Of a DNA stretch of 64,000 nt, positions 8,804 to 18,563 are shown piece after piece. Both the position numbers and the translations under genes were made by a program. Position 1 is the first letter of the stretch. Each line of letters begins with the position of its first letter. Where the stretch lies: contig CP157796.1 in NCBI GenBank assembly GCA_040112665.1, forward strand, positions 186,813-250,812, in the 5' to 3' direction. Under the pieces are notes generated by a model. That model was not told the origin of the DNA and ran no database searches. It saw nothing but the letters and a program-made list of their open reading frames with translations. The stretch comes from Oceanicaulis sp. GTDB lineage: Bacteria > Pseudomonadota > Alphaproteobacteria > Caulobacterales > Maricaulaceae.

Positions 8804-10966
8804 ATGATCGAACGCCTGATGCTGTCCACCGCCGCCGCAGCCCTGCTGCTCGCCGCCTGCGCGCCCGAGGCCGCAACGCCGAACACCGAAACCGGATCGG
8901 AAGCGGCGAAAAGCCAGACCGGCGAGGCGGCAAACCCGCTGCTGGCCGAATGGGAGACCCCGTTCGACGCCCCGCCCTTCGACGCGATCAGTGCGGACGA
9001 CTTCCTGCCGGCGTTCGAGGCGGCCATCGCCGCCCATAGCGCCGAGATCGAGGCGATCGCGACCAATCCCGAGCCGCCGACCTTCGAAAACACGCTTCTG
9101 GCGATGGAGACCGCGGGCGGCGATCTGGGCAGGGTCAGCCGTGTCTTCTTCAACCTCACCAGCTCGGCGAGCAACGATCAGATCCGCGCAATCCAGCGCG
9201 AGATGAGCCCGCGCCTGGCCGCGCACTCGGCGTCGATCACGCTGAACGAGGATCTGTTCGCCCGTATCGACGCGCTTCACCAGCAGATCGATACGCTCGG
9301 CCTGACCGATCAGCAGCGCCGACTGCTGGTGGTCACGCACGAGGACTTCGTGCGCGCCGGCGCCCAGCTCGAAGGCGAGGACCGCGAGCGCTTCGCGGAG
9401 ATCCGCGCCGACCTCGCCGGGCTCTACACCCAGTTCTCCCAGAACGAGCAGGCCGACCGGGAAAGCTACACGCTCGCGCTCGACGCCGAGGCGCTGGACG
9501 GGCTGCCCGGCTACGTGGTCTCCGCGGCCGCCGGCGCGGCGGCGGACCGGGACATGGACGGCCATGTGATCACCCTGGCGCGTTCGAGCGTCGAGCCCTT
9601 CCTTCAGACCGCGCCGGACCGGGACCTGCGCGAGCAGGCCTGGCGCGCCTGGACGAACCGGGGCGACAACGAAAACGAATTCAACAATCACGAGACCATC
9701 CGCCAGATCCTCGCCCTGCGCCTGGAGATGGCCAACCTCTTGGGCTACGAGACCTTCGCTCATTACCGCACCGGCGGCACGATGGCGGGCACGCCCGACG
9801 CGGCGATCGCGCTGATGGAGCAGGTCTGGTGGCCCGCCCGCGATCGCGCGCTCGAAGAGCAGGCCGATATCGAAGCGCGCATCGAGGCCGCCGGGCTCGA
9901 CCACGAGGTCATGCCCTGGGACTGGCGCTATTACACCGAGCAGGTCCGCGCCGAGCGCTATGATCTCGATCCCAGCGAGGTGAAGGCCTATCTGCAGCTC
10001 GACAAGATGATCGAGGCGCAGTTCTACGTCGCCGAGCGGCTGTTCGGGGTCACCTTCACCGAGCGCTTCGACATCCCGGTCTACCACCCAGACGTCCGCG
10101 TCTGGGAGATGAAGAACGCCGCAGGCGAAACCGCGGGCCTGTTCTACGGCGACTACTTCGCCCGGCCCGGCAAGCGCGGCGGCGCCTGGATGTCCAGCTT
10201 CCGCCCGCAGAACGGGATCACCGGGGAAATCCCGATCATCGTGAACAACTGCAACTACAACAAACCGGCCGAAGGCGAGCCGGCGCTTCTGTCGTTCACC
10301 GATGCGACGACGCTGTTTCACGAGTTCGGCCATGCGCTGCACGGGCTTTTGTCGGACACCGAGTATCCGAGCCTGGCGGGCACCTCGGTGGATCGCGACT
10401 TCGTCGAGTTTCCCGCCCAGATCTACGAGCACTGGCTGTCCCAGCCCGAAGTCCTCGAGCGCTTCGCCCTGCATCATGAGACCGGCGAGCCGATGCCGCG
10501 CGAACTGCTCGAGCGGGTGCTTGAAGCGCAGACCTTCAACCAGGGCTTCGCCACGGTGGAGTTCCTGAATTCGGGCTTCGTGGACATGGCCTACCATCTC
10601 AGCACCGAGCCCGAGACCCTGGACATCGCCGCCTTCGAGCGCGAGGTTCTCGACAGCCGCGACAACGTGCAGGCCATCCCGATGCGGCACCGCTCGACCC
10701 ATTTCCTGCACACCTTCGCAGGCGAGGGCTATTCGGCGGGGTATTACAGCTATCTGTGGGCCGGAGTTCTGGACAATGACGGCTTCGCCGCCTTCGAGGA
10801 GTCGGGCGACATCTTCGACCCCGAACTCGCCCGCAAGCTCTATGAGAGCGTGTTCTCCGCCGGCGACAGCGAGCCGGCCATGGACGCCTATATCGGCTTC
10901 CGCGGCCGCGAGCCGAACGTCGAACCGCTGCTGCGCAATCGCGGCTTCATCGAAGCCGAGGGCTGA
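8804..10966 (+). CDS. dcp: M3 family peptidyl-dipeptidase Dcp, lipoprotein
   Basis: 720 aa from an internal ATG preceded by GGGAGGGG. Lipobox LLLAAC and zinc motif LFHEFGHALHG. Confidence 0.9.
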   Translation: MIERLMLSTAAAALLLAACAPEAATPNTETGSEAAKSQTGEAANPLLAEWETPFDAPPFDAISADDFLPAFEAAIAAHSAEIEAIATNPEPPTFENTLLAMETAGGDLGRVSRVFFNLTSSASNDQIRAIQREMSPRLAAHSASITLNEDLFARIDALHQQIDTLGLTDQQRRLLVVTHEDFVRAGAQLEGEDRERFAEIRADLAGLYTQFSQNEQADRESYTLALDAEALDGLPGYVVSAAAGAAADRDMDGHVITLARSSVEPFLQTAPDRDLREQAWRAWTNRGDNENEFNNHETIRQILALRLEMANLLGYETFAHYRTGGTMAGTPDAAIALMEQVWWPARDRALEEQADIEARIEAAGLDHEVMPWDWRYYTEQVRAERYDLDPSEVKAYLQLDKMIEAQFYVAERLFGVTFTERFDIPVYHPDVRVWEMKNAAGETAGLFYGDYFARPGKRGGAWMSSFRPQNGITGEIPIIVNNCNYNKPAEGEPALLSFTDATTLFHEFGHALHGLLSDTEYPSLAGTSVDRDFVEFPAQIYEHWLSQPEVLERFALHHETGEPMPRELLERVLEAQTFNQGFATVEFLNSGFVDMAYHLSTEPETLDIAAFEREVLDSRDNVQAIPMRHRSTHFLHTFAGEGYSAGYYSYLWAGVLDNDGFAAFEESGDIFDPELARKLYESVFSAGDSEPAMDAYIGFRGREPNVEPLLRNRGFIEAEG

Positions 10967-11089
10967 CCTCGCAGAAGCGTGACCACGCCTCACGCGCGCG
11001 TGCCCGGTCGTGTAATGCGGCCGGGCCGCAAGGCGCGTAACCGTTCCTCAGCCCGGCGCTCAGGCCGGGTCTCTGAAGGAACGCTTACG

Positions 11090-11554
11090 ATGAAACACGC
11101 TTCGCTTCTCGCCGCCGCCGTTCTTGCGGTCTCCGGCGCCGCCGCCCTGCCCGCCCAGCCGGCCTTCGCCGACGATCTGATCTATACTGGGGTCTTCTCG
11201 AACACCGCCCTGAGCGGCTACGACCCGGTGGCCTATTTCACCGAAGGCGCGCCGGTGCGCGGCTCGCGCGCGTTCGAGACCGAGTGGAACGGCGCGGTCT
11301 GGCGGTTTGCCAGCCAGGCCAATCTAGACCTTTTCCTCGCCGACCCTGACGCCTACGCGCCGCAATACGGCGGATACTGCGCCTGGGCGATGGCCGAGGG
11401 CTACACCGCCAAGGGCGACCCGAACTTCTGGAGGATCGTCGACGGCAAGCTCTATCTGAACTTCAACCAGGACATCCAGGACCGCTGGGAAGCCGACATC
11501 CCAGGCTTCATCGCACGCGCGGACGCGAACTATCCGGCGATCCTTCAGGACTGA
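11090..11554 (+). CDS. YHS domain-containing periplasmic protein (Cys form of the YHS seleno/Cys family)
   Basis: 154 aa. Signal peptide ending in AFA-DD, then GYDPVAYF...W.F.S..N...F...P..Y.PQYGGYCAWAM. Confidence 0.8.
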   Translation: MKHASLLAAAVLAVSGAAALPAQPAFADDLIYTGVFSNTALSGYDPVAYFTEGAPVRGSRAFETEWNGAVWRFASQANLDLFLADPDAYAPQYGGYCAWAMAEGYTAKGDPNFWRIVDGKLYLNFNQDIQDRWEADIPGFIARADANYPAILQD

Positions 11555-11570
11555 GGCGCGGGGCGCCGGA

Positions 11571-12794
11571 TCACAGCTCGGTCGAGCGCGGATTGCCGTG
11601 CTGTTTCGCAGAGCGCTCCGCCCTGGCCAAAAAGGCGCGTACGTCGAAAGTCCGGTGAGCCCAGGCGGACAGAAACAGCGCTGCAGCGAACAAGGCGAGC
11701 GCGACGTCGAGACGCTGATCAGCGTAACCGGCGAGGCTCATCACGACAGCGCCGACACATCCCGCCAGTGCCGCGCGTCGCGCCCACAGACCGAGCCGCG
11801 CATCGGCTTTCACGGCGAGTTCCACGATCGCCACCATGCCCGGCGCCAGCAGAAAGACGTCGTAGGGCATGATCCTGGGCATGGCGAGGACGGCGGCCGC
11901 CAGGCCGATGAAGACCCGCTGGCGTACGTCGGCCTCGCCCTGTTCGCAGATCAACAGCGCGCTAAGCGCGACGAGCGCCGCAAACACCAGGGCGATCGCG
12001 ACTGCGGCCGCGTCCGGCGCGCCCATCCGCACGGCCCATCCCATGGCTCCATTGCCGGGCACCCATTCAAAGGCGACATAGGCGAGGCTCTCCCGCCAGA
12101 GCAGCGCAGCCTCGCCGCCGGTCTGCATGAAGGCGGTCACCGCACCGATCCCGGCGATCGCAGTCAGAGTGCTCAGTGCGATCCGCTTCCAGACAGGCAT
12201 CGGCAGGCAGGCGAATACGAGCACGCACGTGAGAAAGCTCAGCTTGACCATGGACGCCGCGACGAGCACCGCCATCAGGATCGCCGGACGCCTCATGGCC
12301 GCCTGCGCAGCGTAGACGATCACCGCGTGGACGATCAGTGCGACGTTCGCGAACCAGATCGGTGTGGCTGTTATCAGACCGATATATTTGAACCGGTCAT
12401 GCCGCGCGCCGGGGGGGCCTGAGGCGAGGAACGCGGTCCAGAGCAGATATCCGATCGCAGCGAGATAGACGCTGAAATACAGCGCGCGCGCACCCTCCGG
12501 CCCGAAGCTCGCCTGAAGCCCCAGCACCACCCCGGCCAGAAAGGGCGGATACAGGTAGGCGGGGCTCTCATAGCCTTCGCAGTTCTGGCGCCGCCCGGTC
12601 TCGTAAAGCGGTTCACCGGCGGCGAGTTTTTCCGCTCCGCAGGCGATCGCGCCGTAATCGGGCATGGTGAAAGGGTCGCGGTCGACTGCGCGGTTGACCA
12701 GACCACTCAGCAGAGGTGCGGCGAAAAACAGTGCGATCAGCACCGTCCGCAAGGCCGGCCAGACGCCCGATCGTCGATCCGTCCCGTCTCTCAT
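11571..12794 (-). CDS. polytopic membrane protein, DUF2029 / GT87-like glycosyltransferase candidate
   Basis: About 407 aa from the internal ATG (MRDGTDRR), with more than 8 predicted TM helices. Family assignment rests only on the general look of the sequence; the start is uncertain (alternative at 12908). Confidence 0.55.
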   Translation of the reverse strand: MRDGTDRRSGVWPALRTVLIALFFAAPLLSGLVNRAVDRDPFTMPDYGAIACGAEKLAAGEPLYETGRRQNCEGYESPAYLYPPFLAGVVLGLQASFGPEGARALYFSVYLAAIGYLLWTAFLASGPPGARHDRFKYIGLITATPIWFANVALIVHAVIVYAAQAAMRRPAILMAVLVAASMVKLSFLTCVLVFACLPMPVWKRIALSTLTAIAGIGAVTAFMQTGGEAALLWRESLAYVAFEWVPGNGAMGWAVRMGAPDAAAVAIALVFAALVALSALLICEQGEADVRQRVFIGLAAAVLAMPRIMPYDVFLLAPGMVAIVELAVKADARLGLWARRAALAGCVGAVVMSLAGYADQRLDVALALFAAALFLSAWAHRTFDVRAFLARAERSAKQHGNPRSTEL

Positions 12795-12963
12795 CGCGCC
12801 CCCCGCCCTGAGCTGACCGGGTATAGCCCGGCCTGCGGTCGCGAACAACGCGAGGCGGCTCGGGTTGAACCGCACGTCGCGGCGTGCTCGACTGTCGCGA
12901 CTCGCCACGCGCGCCGGCCTGGCCGCGCCGTCTGCACACTCGTCAGAACGAGGACAGCCTCAC

Positions 12964-13167
12964 ATGCCGACCCATGCCGATCTCGCAGCCAAGCTGCTGC
13001 GCGAAGCCGCCGGATTTTTCACCACCGTGGGCGAACAGAACCCCACGCTGAAAGACCAGATGGACGAGAACGCAGCGGTGTTCCGTCAGGTCGCGGGCCT
13101 GGTCGAACAGGACCCGACCGGCGAACTGCAGCAGCCCTCAGAGGGCGGCGAAGGCGCGGGCGGCTAG
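12964..13167 (+). CDS. small hypothetical protein (67 aa)
   Basis: ATG preceded by GAGGACAG. Hydrophilic and acidic (MPTHADLAAKLLREAAGFFTTVGEQNPTLKDQMDEN...). No family recognised. Confidence 0.4.
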   Translation: MPTHADLAAKLLREAAGFFTTVGEQNPTLKDQMDENAAVFRQVAGLVEQDPTGELQQPSEGGEGAGG

Positions 13168-13174
13168 CCCCGCC

Positions 13175-14215
13175 TCAAGCCGGCTCGGCGGGCAGCGCGA
13201 TCAGCGCGTCCGCCAGAGGCCCGGCGCCGAAGCGGATCGGGTCGGTGGCCGGCAAGCCGGTCTCCGCCTCCGCAGCCGCGATCGCCGCGCGCGCTTCGGC
13301 GTCTGACAGCTTGCGGGTGTTCACGCTGACGCCCACCGCCCGGCAGGCCGGGTTGGTGACGCGCGCGGTGAACAGATGGGCTTCGATCGTCGCAGTGAGG
13401 CTCGGCAGCGCGCGTTCGGGCAGGCCGCGCACGGTGGTGCGTCCCGCCTCGTGACAGCAGATCATCGCGTCGGGCCGTGCGCCGTGCACGAGCCCCGTCG
13501 TCACCCCGGCGAAACTCGGATGCAGCACGCTCGCCTGGCCCTCGACGACGTCCCAGTGATCGGGGTCGTTAGGCGGAGTCAGCATCTCCACCGCCCCTGA
13601 AATGAAATCGGCCGGCACCGCATCGATGGCGATCCCCTCGCCCGCGATCAGCACCCCAGTCTGCCCCGTGGCGCGGAAGCTCGCCTTGATCCCGCGGCGC
13701 TTGAGTTCAGCCTCGACCGCGAGCGCGGTGAAGTTCTTCCCCACCGCACAATCGGTCCCGATCATCAGCACGCGCCTGCCCGGCCGGACCCGGCCCTCGC
13801 CCACGGGCAGCGGCGGGCCTGACCAGTGGCGCACGTCGTGCAGCTTCCGGCCGAGCCGGGCGGCGGTCTCGCGCACCTCGGCGATGCCGGAGAGCTTTAT
13901 GTGCAGCCCGCTGGCGAGGTCCATCCCCGCTTCGAGCGCGGCGAGAAGATACGGGATCCAGGCCTCGGAAATCCGCCCGCCCCGGTTGGCGACGCCGACG
14001 ACCAGCGTCTTCGCGCCGGCGGCCGCGCCTTCCTCAGCGGTCATGTCGGGCAGGCCGAGATCGAGGTTCGCGCCGGGCAGGCGCTGCTGACCGACACAGG
14101 ATTCAGGCCGCCAGAAATAGACGCCCTCGGCGGTCTTCGCGCCGACGTCCTGCTCTGCGGATCCGGCCTCGCCCAGGAACAGAAGATACGGCCCTTCGAT
14201 ATCGTGCAGCTTCAT
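13175..14215 (-). CDS. dgcN: DUF1611 family N-acetyltransferase DgcN-like
   Basis: 346 aa with DUF1611-like sequence (...MIGTDCAVGKNFTAL...). A 4-nt ATGA overlap joins it to the upstream enolase-superfamily racemase, the characteristic DgcN-DgcA pairing. Confidence 0.75.
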   Translation of the reverse strand: MKLHDIEGPYLLFLGEAGSAEQDVGAKTAEGVYFWRPESCVGQQRLPGANLDLGLPDMTAEEGAAAGAKTLVVGVANRGGRISEAWIPYLLAALEAGMDLASGLHIKLSGIAEVRETAARLGRKLHDVRHWSGPPLPVGEGRVRPGRRVLMIGTDCAVGKNFTALAVEAELKRRGIKASFRATGQTGVLIAGEGIAIDAVPADFISGAVEMLTPPNDPDHWDVVEGQASVLHPSFAGVTTGLVHGARPDAMICCHEAGRTTVRGLPERALPSLTATIEAHLFTARVTNPACRAVGVSVNTRKLSDAEARAAIAAAEAETGLPATDPIRFGAGPLADALIALPAEPA

Positions 14216-15207
14216 GGTTCGCCCCAGAACCGGTGCGGCGGCGGGCTCAGCCGGCCGCGCGCATCCATGGTGAGTTCGGCCTCGTCCTCAGCCAGCCAGA
14301 GCGGGCCGTCGAGATCGACGTAGTCGGCGTCGCGCGCGAACAGAAAGGCCGGCGCGATCGCCCGCACCCCGCAGATCATGCAGCCCACGAACAGGCCCTT
14401 GTTCAGCGCTCTCAGGCGCTCGCGCATTTGCAGCGCGTGGGTGAGCCCGCCGCACTTGTCGAGCTTGATGTTGATGAAGTCGTAGCGCGCCGCGGCCGCG
14501 TCGAGCTCGGCGAGGCTTTGCACGCTTTCATCCCCGCACAGCGGCAGCGGGCTGTCGAACCGGTCGAGCGGCTCGTCCGACCCGGCGGGCAGCGGCTGTT
14601 CGAGCAGGGCGAAGCCGGCCTCGGCCAGCGCCTCCGCGTCTTCCCCGAGATTGTCGAGCGTCCAGCCGGCGTTGGCGTCAGCGATGAGGGTGGCTTCGGG
14701 CGCGCCGCGGCGCACGGCGCGCGCGCGCTCGCCGTCCCGCCCGTCCTTGCCGCCGAGCTTGACCTTCAGAAGGCCGAGACCGGACGCGTCGCGCGCAGCG
14801 GCCTCCATCGCCTCGGGCGCGTCCAGCGAGATGGTGAAAGCGGTGAGCTGGGGCGCACGGGCGTCGTCGACGCCGATCATCTCGGCGACAGAGCGCCCCG
14901 ACGTCTTCGCCTCGAAATCCCACAGCGCGGAATCTACCGCGAAGCGCGCCCCGCCGGGCGGCAGCAGATCAAGCAGCGCCTGGCGGTCGACGCCGGCTTC
15001 GATCGCGCTGCGCACCGCCTCGATCTGGGCCGCGATCGTCTCTGCGGTCTCGCCGAGATAGCTCACGCCGGAGGCTTCGCCCGCGCCGGTGACGCCGCCT
15101 GAACTCAGGCGCACCTCGACCGCGGTCTGCACGGTGCGCCGGCCGGTGGAGATGACGAAGGGGCGTTTGAGACGCCGGGAGAGGACGCGGACGGAAAGCT
15201 CGAACAT
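14212..15207 (-). CDS. dgcA: enolase-superfamily dipeptide-epimerase-like racemase (N-acetyl-D-Glu racemase DgcA-like)
   Basis: 331 aa. MLE-subgroup motifs KVKLG, IADANAGW, LEQPL, GDES and KLDKCGG. Confidence 0.75.
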   Translation of the reverse strand: MFELSVRVLSRRLKRPFVISTGRRTVQTAVEVRLSSGGVTGAGEASGVSYLGETAETIAAQIEAVRSAIEAGVDRQALLDLLPPGGARFAVDSALWDFEAKTSGRSVAEMIGVDDARAPQLTAFTISLDAPEAMEAAARDASGLGLLKVKLGGKDGRDGERARAVRRGAPEATLIADANAGWTLDNLGEDAEALAEAGFALLEQPLPAGSDEPLDRFDSPLPLCGDESVQSLAELDAAAARYDFINIKLDKCGGLTHALQMRERLRALNKGLFVGCMICGVRAIAPAFLFARDADYVDLDGPLWLAEDEAELTMDARGRLSPPPHRFWGEP

Positions 15208-15262
15208 GGCGCGGAGACTGGCGGGGATCGGCCCGTGCGTCCAGCGCGCTTTCGGCGTGAGA

Positions 15263-15781
15263 TTATTCCGCGGCGACCTGGCGGGTCTTGACCAGCTTCT
15301 GCACCTTCTTCACCGCCCGCTCGCGCTTCAGGCGCGACAGGTAATCGATGAAGACGATCCCTTCGAGATGGTCCATCTCGTGCTGGATGCACACTGCGAA
15401 CAGGCCCTCGGCGATCTCCTCGCGCTTTTCGCCGTCATAGTCGAGATACTCGACCTTCACCCGGGCGGGGCGCTCGACCTCGTCATAGATGTCAGGCACC
15501 GACAGACAGCCCTCGGAATAGGGCTTGAGGTCCTCGGTCAGCGGCGTGATCACCGGATTGACGAAATAGCGCGGGTCGTTGCGGTCTTCGGACAGGTCCA
15601 TGACGATGACGCGCTTGTCCACGCCGACCTGGATCGCCGCAAGGCCGATCCCGTCCGCCGCGTACATGGTCTCCACCATGTCGTCCATCAGATCGCGGAG
15701 CGCGTCGTCCACGCCCTCGACAGGCCTGGAGACCAGCTTCAGCCGCGGGTCGGGAACGGTGAGGATTTCGCGTACAGCCAT
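15263..15781 (-). CDS. def: peptide deformylase
   Basis: 172 aa with motifs [15 protein letters not shown] and QHEMDHLEG. Confidence 0.95.
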   Translation of the reverse strand: MAVREILTVPDPRLKLVSRPVEGVDDALRDLMDDMVETMYAADGIGLAAIQVGVDKRVIVMDLSEDRNDPRYFVNPVITPLTEDLKPYSEGCLSVPDIYDEVERPARVKVEYLDYDGEKREEIAEGLFAVCIQHEMDHLEGIVFIDYLSRLKRERAVKKVQKLVKTRQVAAE

Positions 15782-15812
15782 GGCCGATAAGTTATCCCGT
15801 GGGGAACGGCGT

Positions 15813-17261
15813 TCAAGACGGGCGGGGCGCCCCTACTTCGTCTGGTTCCAGCCCGTGATCGCTGTCCTCGGCCTCCATAGGCCCGAGTAGGGCGACGGTG
15901 TCCTGATCGGGGAGCGCTTCGACGGTCTTAAGCTTGCGGTTCATAACGCGCGTCCTCGTGTCGACCTGATCGAGGTGATTGCCTGCTTCCTGAAGCTTCT
16001 TCTTCACCTTGCCGATCACCGACCCGAACCGGTCGAATTCCGTCTTCACAGCACCCAAAACCTGCCAGACCTCGCTGGAACGTTTCTCGATAGCGAGCGT
16101 CCGGAAACCCATCTGCAGCGTGGTCAGGAAAGCGGCGAAATTCGACGGTCCTGTAATGGCGACCCGGTGCTCGTTCTGTATGCGGGACGCCACCCCCGGA
16201 CGGCGCACGATCTCGGCGTACAGCCCTTCGGTCGGAAGATACATGATGGCGAAGTCCGGCGTAGCCGGAGGCGAAATGTATTTCGAGGAAATGTCTTTTG
16301 CGAAAGCCACGATCCGCTTTTCAAGCGCGGAGGCGGCGGCTTCGACCTCTACAGGGTCGCCCCGCTCGGATGCCTGCATCAGGCGCTCGTAATCCTCGGT
16401 TGGAAACTTGGAGTCGACCGCCAGCAGCACGGGCGTTCCATCCTCATCGCGGCCGGGCAAGCGGATCGCGAACTCGACCCGCTCCTGCGAGCCTTTCTTG
16501 ATCTGGGCGTTCTGTTCGAACTGATCAGGCGTGAGCATGTCCTCAATGATCGCGCCCAGCTGGACTTCCGCCCAGGTGCCGCGGGTCTTCACGTTCGTCA
16601 GAGTCCGCTTGAGGTCGCCGACGCTCCCTGCGAGCGCCTGCATCTCGCCGAGCCCTTTGTGCACGGTCTCAAGCCGCTCGCTAACCTGCTTGAACGATTC
16701 CCCTAGCCGTTTCTCAAGCGTGCTCTGGAGCTTCTCGTCCACAGTTTGCCGCATCTGCTCTAGCTTCTGGCCGTTTTCCTCGCGCAACTCCCGGAGCTTC
16801 TGATCGAGTTGCTGCTGGATCGACGCCTGCTTCTTGTCGAGGCGCTCGGAGAGCGCGACGCCCTGGTCGGCGAGCGTCTTCTTCAACTCGTCCTGCTGGC
16901 GGGCCATCGCATCAAGACGCTCGGCCATCAACTTGCCGAAAGCTTCCAGCTGCTGAGACTGAATTTCACGGAGATCCTTGAACTGGCGGGCGTTGCCGTC
17001 AGTAAGATTGTCCATCTTCCTTTCGAGAGACTCCCTTTGCGCCCCTGCGCTGTCTTGGAGCTCTTTTCGGAGCGCTCCAGAATCTTCACGAGCGCCGCGC
17101 TGGATCGGCTCAACTGCGCGCGTGACGGTTTCCTGAAACTCGCCCATCGGGAATTTCGGTTCCGGCGACCGCCGCACCAGAACGGCGATCAACATGGCGG
17201 CGATCAATACGTTCGCGCCGATCAAAATCCAGAACCCGATCGTTTCCCCGCCCATCGTCAT
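15813..17261 (-). CDS. rmuC: DNA recombination protein RmuC
   Basis: N-terminal TM helix, a long coiled-coil, and a C-terminal RmuC nuclease-like domain. First ATG is at 17261; the ORF-track start at 17273 is TTG. Confidence 0.85.
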   Translation of the reverse strand: MTMGGETIGFWILIGANVLIAAMLIAVLVRRSPEPKFPMGEFQETVTRAVEPIQRGAREDSGALRKELQDSAGAQRESLERKMDNLTDGNARQFKDLREIQSQQLEAFGKLMAERLDAMARQQDELKKTLADQGVALSERLDKKQASIQQQLDQKLRELREENGQKLEQMRQTVDEKLQSTLEKRLGESFKQVSERLETVHKGLGEMQALAGSVGDLKRTLTNVKTRGTWAEVQLGAIIEDMLTPDQFEQNAQIKKGSQERVEFAIRLPGRDEDGTPVLLAVDSKFPTEDYERLMQASERGDPVEVEAAASALEKRIVAFAKDISSKYISPPATPDFAIMYLPTEGLYAEIVRRPGVASRIQNEHRVAITGPSNFAAFLTTLQMGFRTLAIEKRSSEVWQVLGAVKTEFDRFGSVIGKVKKKLQEAGNHLDQVDTRTRVMNRKLKTVEALPDQDTVALLGPMEAEDSDHGLEPDEVGAPRPS

Positions 17262-17359
17262 CACCACCTGCAAACTGGAACGAAACGTGACCTTAGCGGA
17301 TTCGCGTGCGGCGCGCGCCTTGCATTTCAGTCCTCGACCGAAGCGGCAGGGAGCGCGTC

Positions 17360-18487
17360 ATGCGCCTTTTCGATACAGCTCTTTGCGAACTCGGCCGGCG
17401 AGACCGGGAGCGCTGGCGCGTCCTGGCCGGCGAAAGCGGCGTGCAGAGCCCTTACCTGCTGCCTGATTTCGCAGACATGGTGGACGCCGCGCGCGGCGAT
17501 GTCCGGGTGATCGTCGCTGAAGAAAACGCCGCCCCTGTCGGATATTTCGCGTTTCACAAGCCGGTCGGCGGGATCGCGCGGCCTGTCGGCGCGCCGCTGT
17601 CGGACGTTCAGGGTTTCGCCAGCGCCAAGCCGCTGAAGGTCGATCCCGGCGCGCTTCTGGACGCCATGGGCGCGGAGGCGCTGGTCTACGACAACTGGCT
17701 CGGCCCTGCGCCCGGCCGGGTGCGTGAGCGCGCCGGCTCGGCTGTGATCGACCTGTCCCAGGGCGCGGACGCCTGGCGCGACCGCCGCCGGGGCCTGCAC
17801 AAGAGCCACTTCAAGAAGATCGCCCAGCGCCGCCGCAAGGCCGAGCGCGAGTTCGGCGACGTCAGAATCGTCTTCGGTGACCCCCAGGGCGAGCGCTTCG
17901 CGGCGCTGAAGGCCTGGAAGAGCGCACAATACCGCGACAGCGGGCTGGCCGACCTGTTCGAAACGGGCTGGACGGCGAAAGTCTTCGAAGCTGCCGCCCT
18001 GCGCGGGTTCGGCCCGCTGCGGGGGCTGACCGCCTCGCTTTATCTGGGTGGAAAACTGGCTGCGGTGGAGACGGGCCTCGTCGCGGGCGGGACCTACCAT
18101 TCCTGGACGCCGGCCTATGACCGGGCGTTCGCCGCGGTGTCGCCGGGCCTGTTGCTGCTCGAGGGGATCATCGACGCGGCGGGAGAGCTCGGCCTCAGCC
18201 GGATCGATCTGGGCAAGGGCGAGCAGGCCTACAAGGCCTACTACACCGATTTCGAAACCCCGCTGAGCGCGGGCCGCGCCCTGCAGCCGGGCTTCGCCGG
18301 CGCGCGTGTGGCCGCCTGGGAGCTGGCCGAAGCCGCCGGTGCGATCCTGCCCGGACCGCTTGGCGCGGCGCCGGTGAAGCTGCGCCGACGCTGGGCGCAG
18401 TCGGCGGCTCTGGCGCCGGCCTACGCCGAGCGGCTGAAGCTGATGGCGGGCGCCTTCGCCGCAGCGCCCAAGCGCATCGCGGCGTAG
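17360..18487 (+). CDS. GNAT-fold acetyltransferase, CelD/BioF2-like (Acetyltransf_6) family
   Basis: 375 aa from ATG after GGGAG. General resemblance to CelD-like proteins (...YHSWTPAYD..FA..SPG..L....I......G....DLGKG...YK). Confidence 0.65.
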   Translation: MRLFDTALCELGRRDRERWRVLAGESGVQSPYLLPDFADMVDAARGDVRVIVAEENAAPVGYFAFHKPVGGIARPVGAPLSDVQGFASAKPLKVDPGALLDAMGAEALVYDNWLGPAPGRVRERAGSAVIDLSQGADAWRDRRRGLHKSHFKKIAQRRRKAEREFGDVRIVFGDPQGERFAALKAWKSAQYRDSGLADLFETGWTAKVFEAAALRGFGPLRGLTASLYLGGKLAAVETGLVAGGTYHSWTPAYDRAFAAVSPGLLLLEGIIDAAGELGLSRIDLGKGEQAYKAYYTDFETPLSAGRALQPGFAGARVAAWELAEAAGAILPGPLGAAPVKLRRRWAQSAALAPAYAERLKLMAGAFAAAPKRIAA

Positions 18488-18563
18488 ATCACGCATTCGT
18501 CAGCTTCTGTTTTCGTCGCGGGCCGCTATCTTCCCTTCCGCATCGCTTCGAAGGGAGACATCC

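Noticed and set aside
8750-10993. 747-aa minus-strand ORF
   Set aside because: It is antisense to dcp, which has the HEFGH zinc motif and a lipoprotein signal. Its composition is typical of high-GC shadow ORFs.
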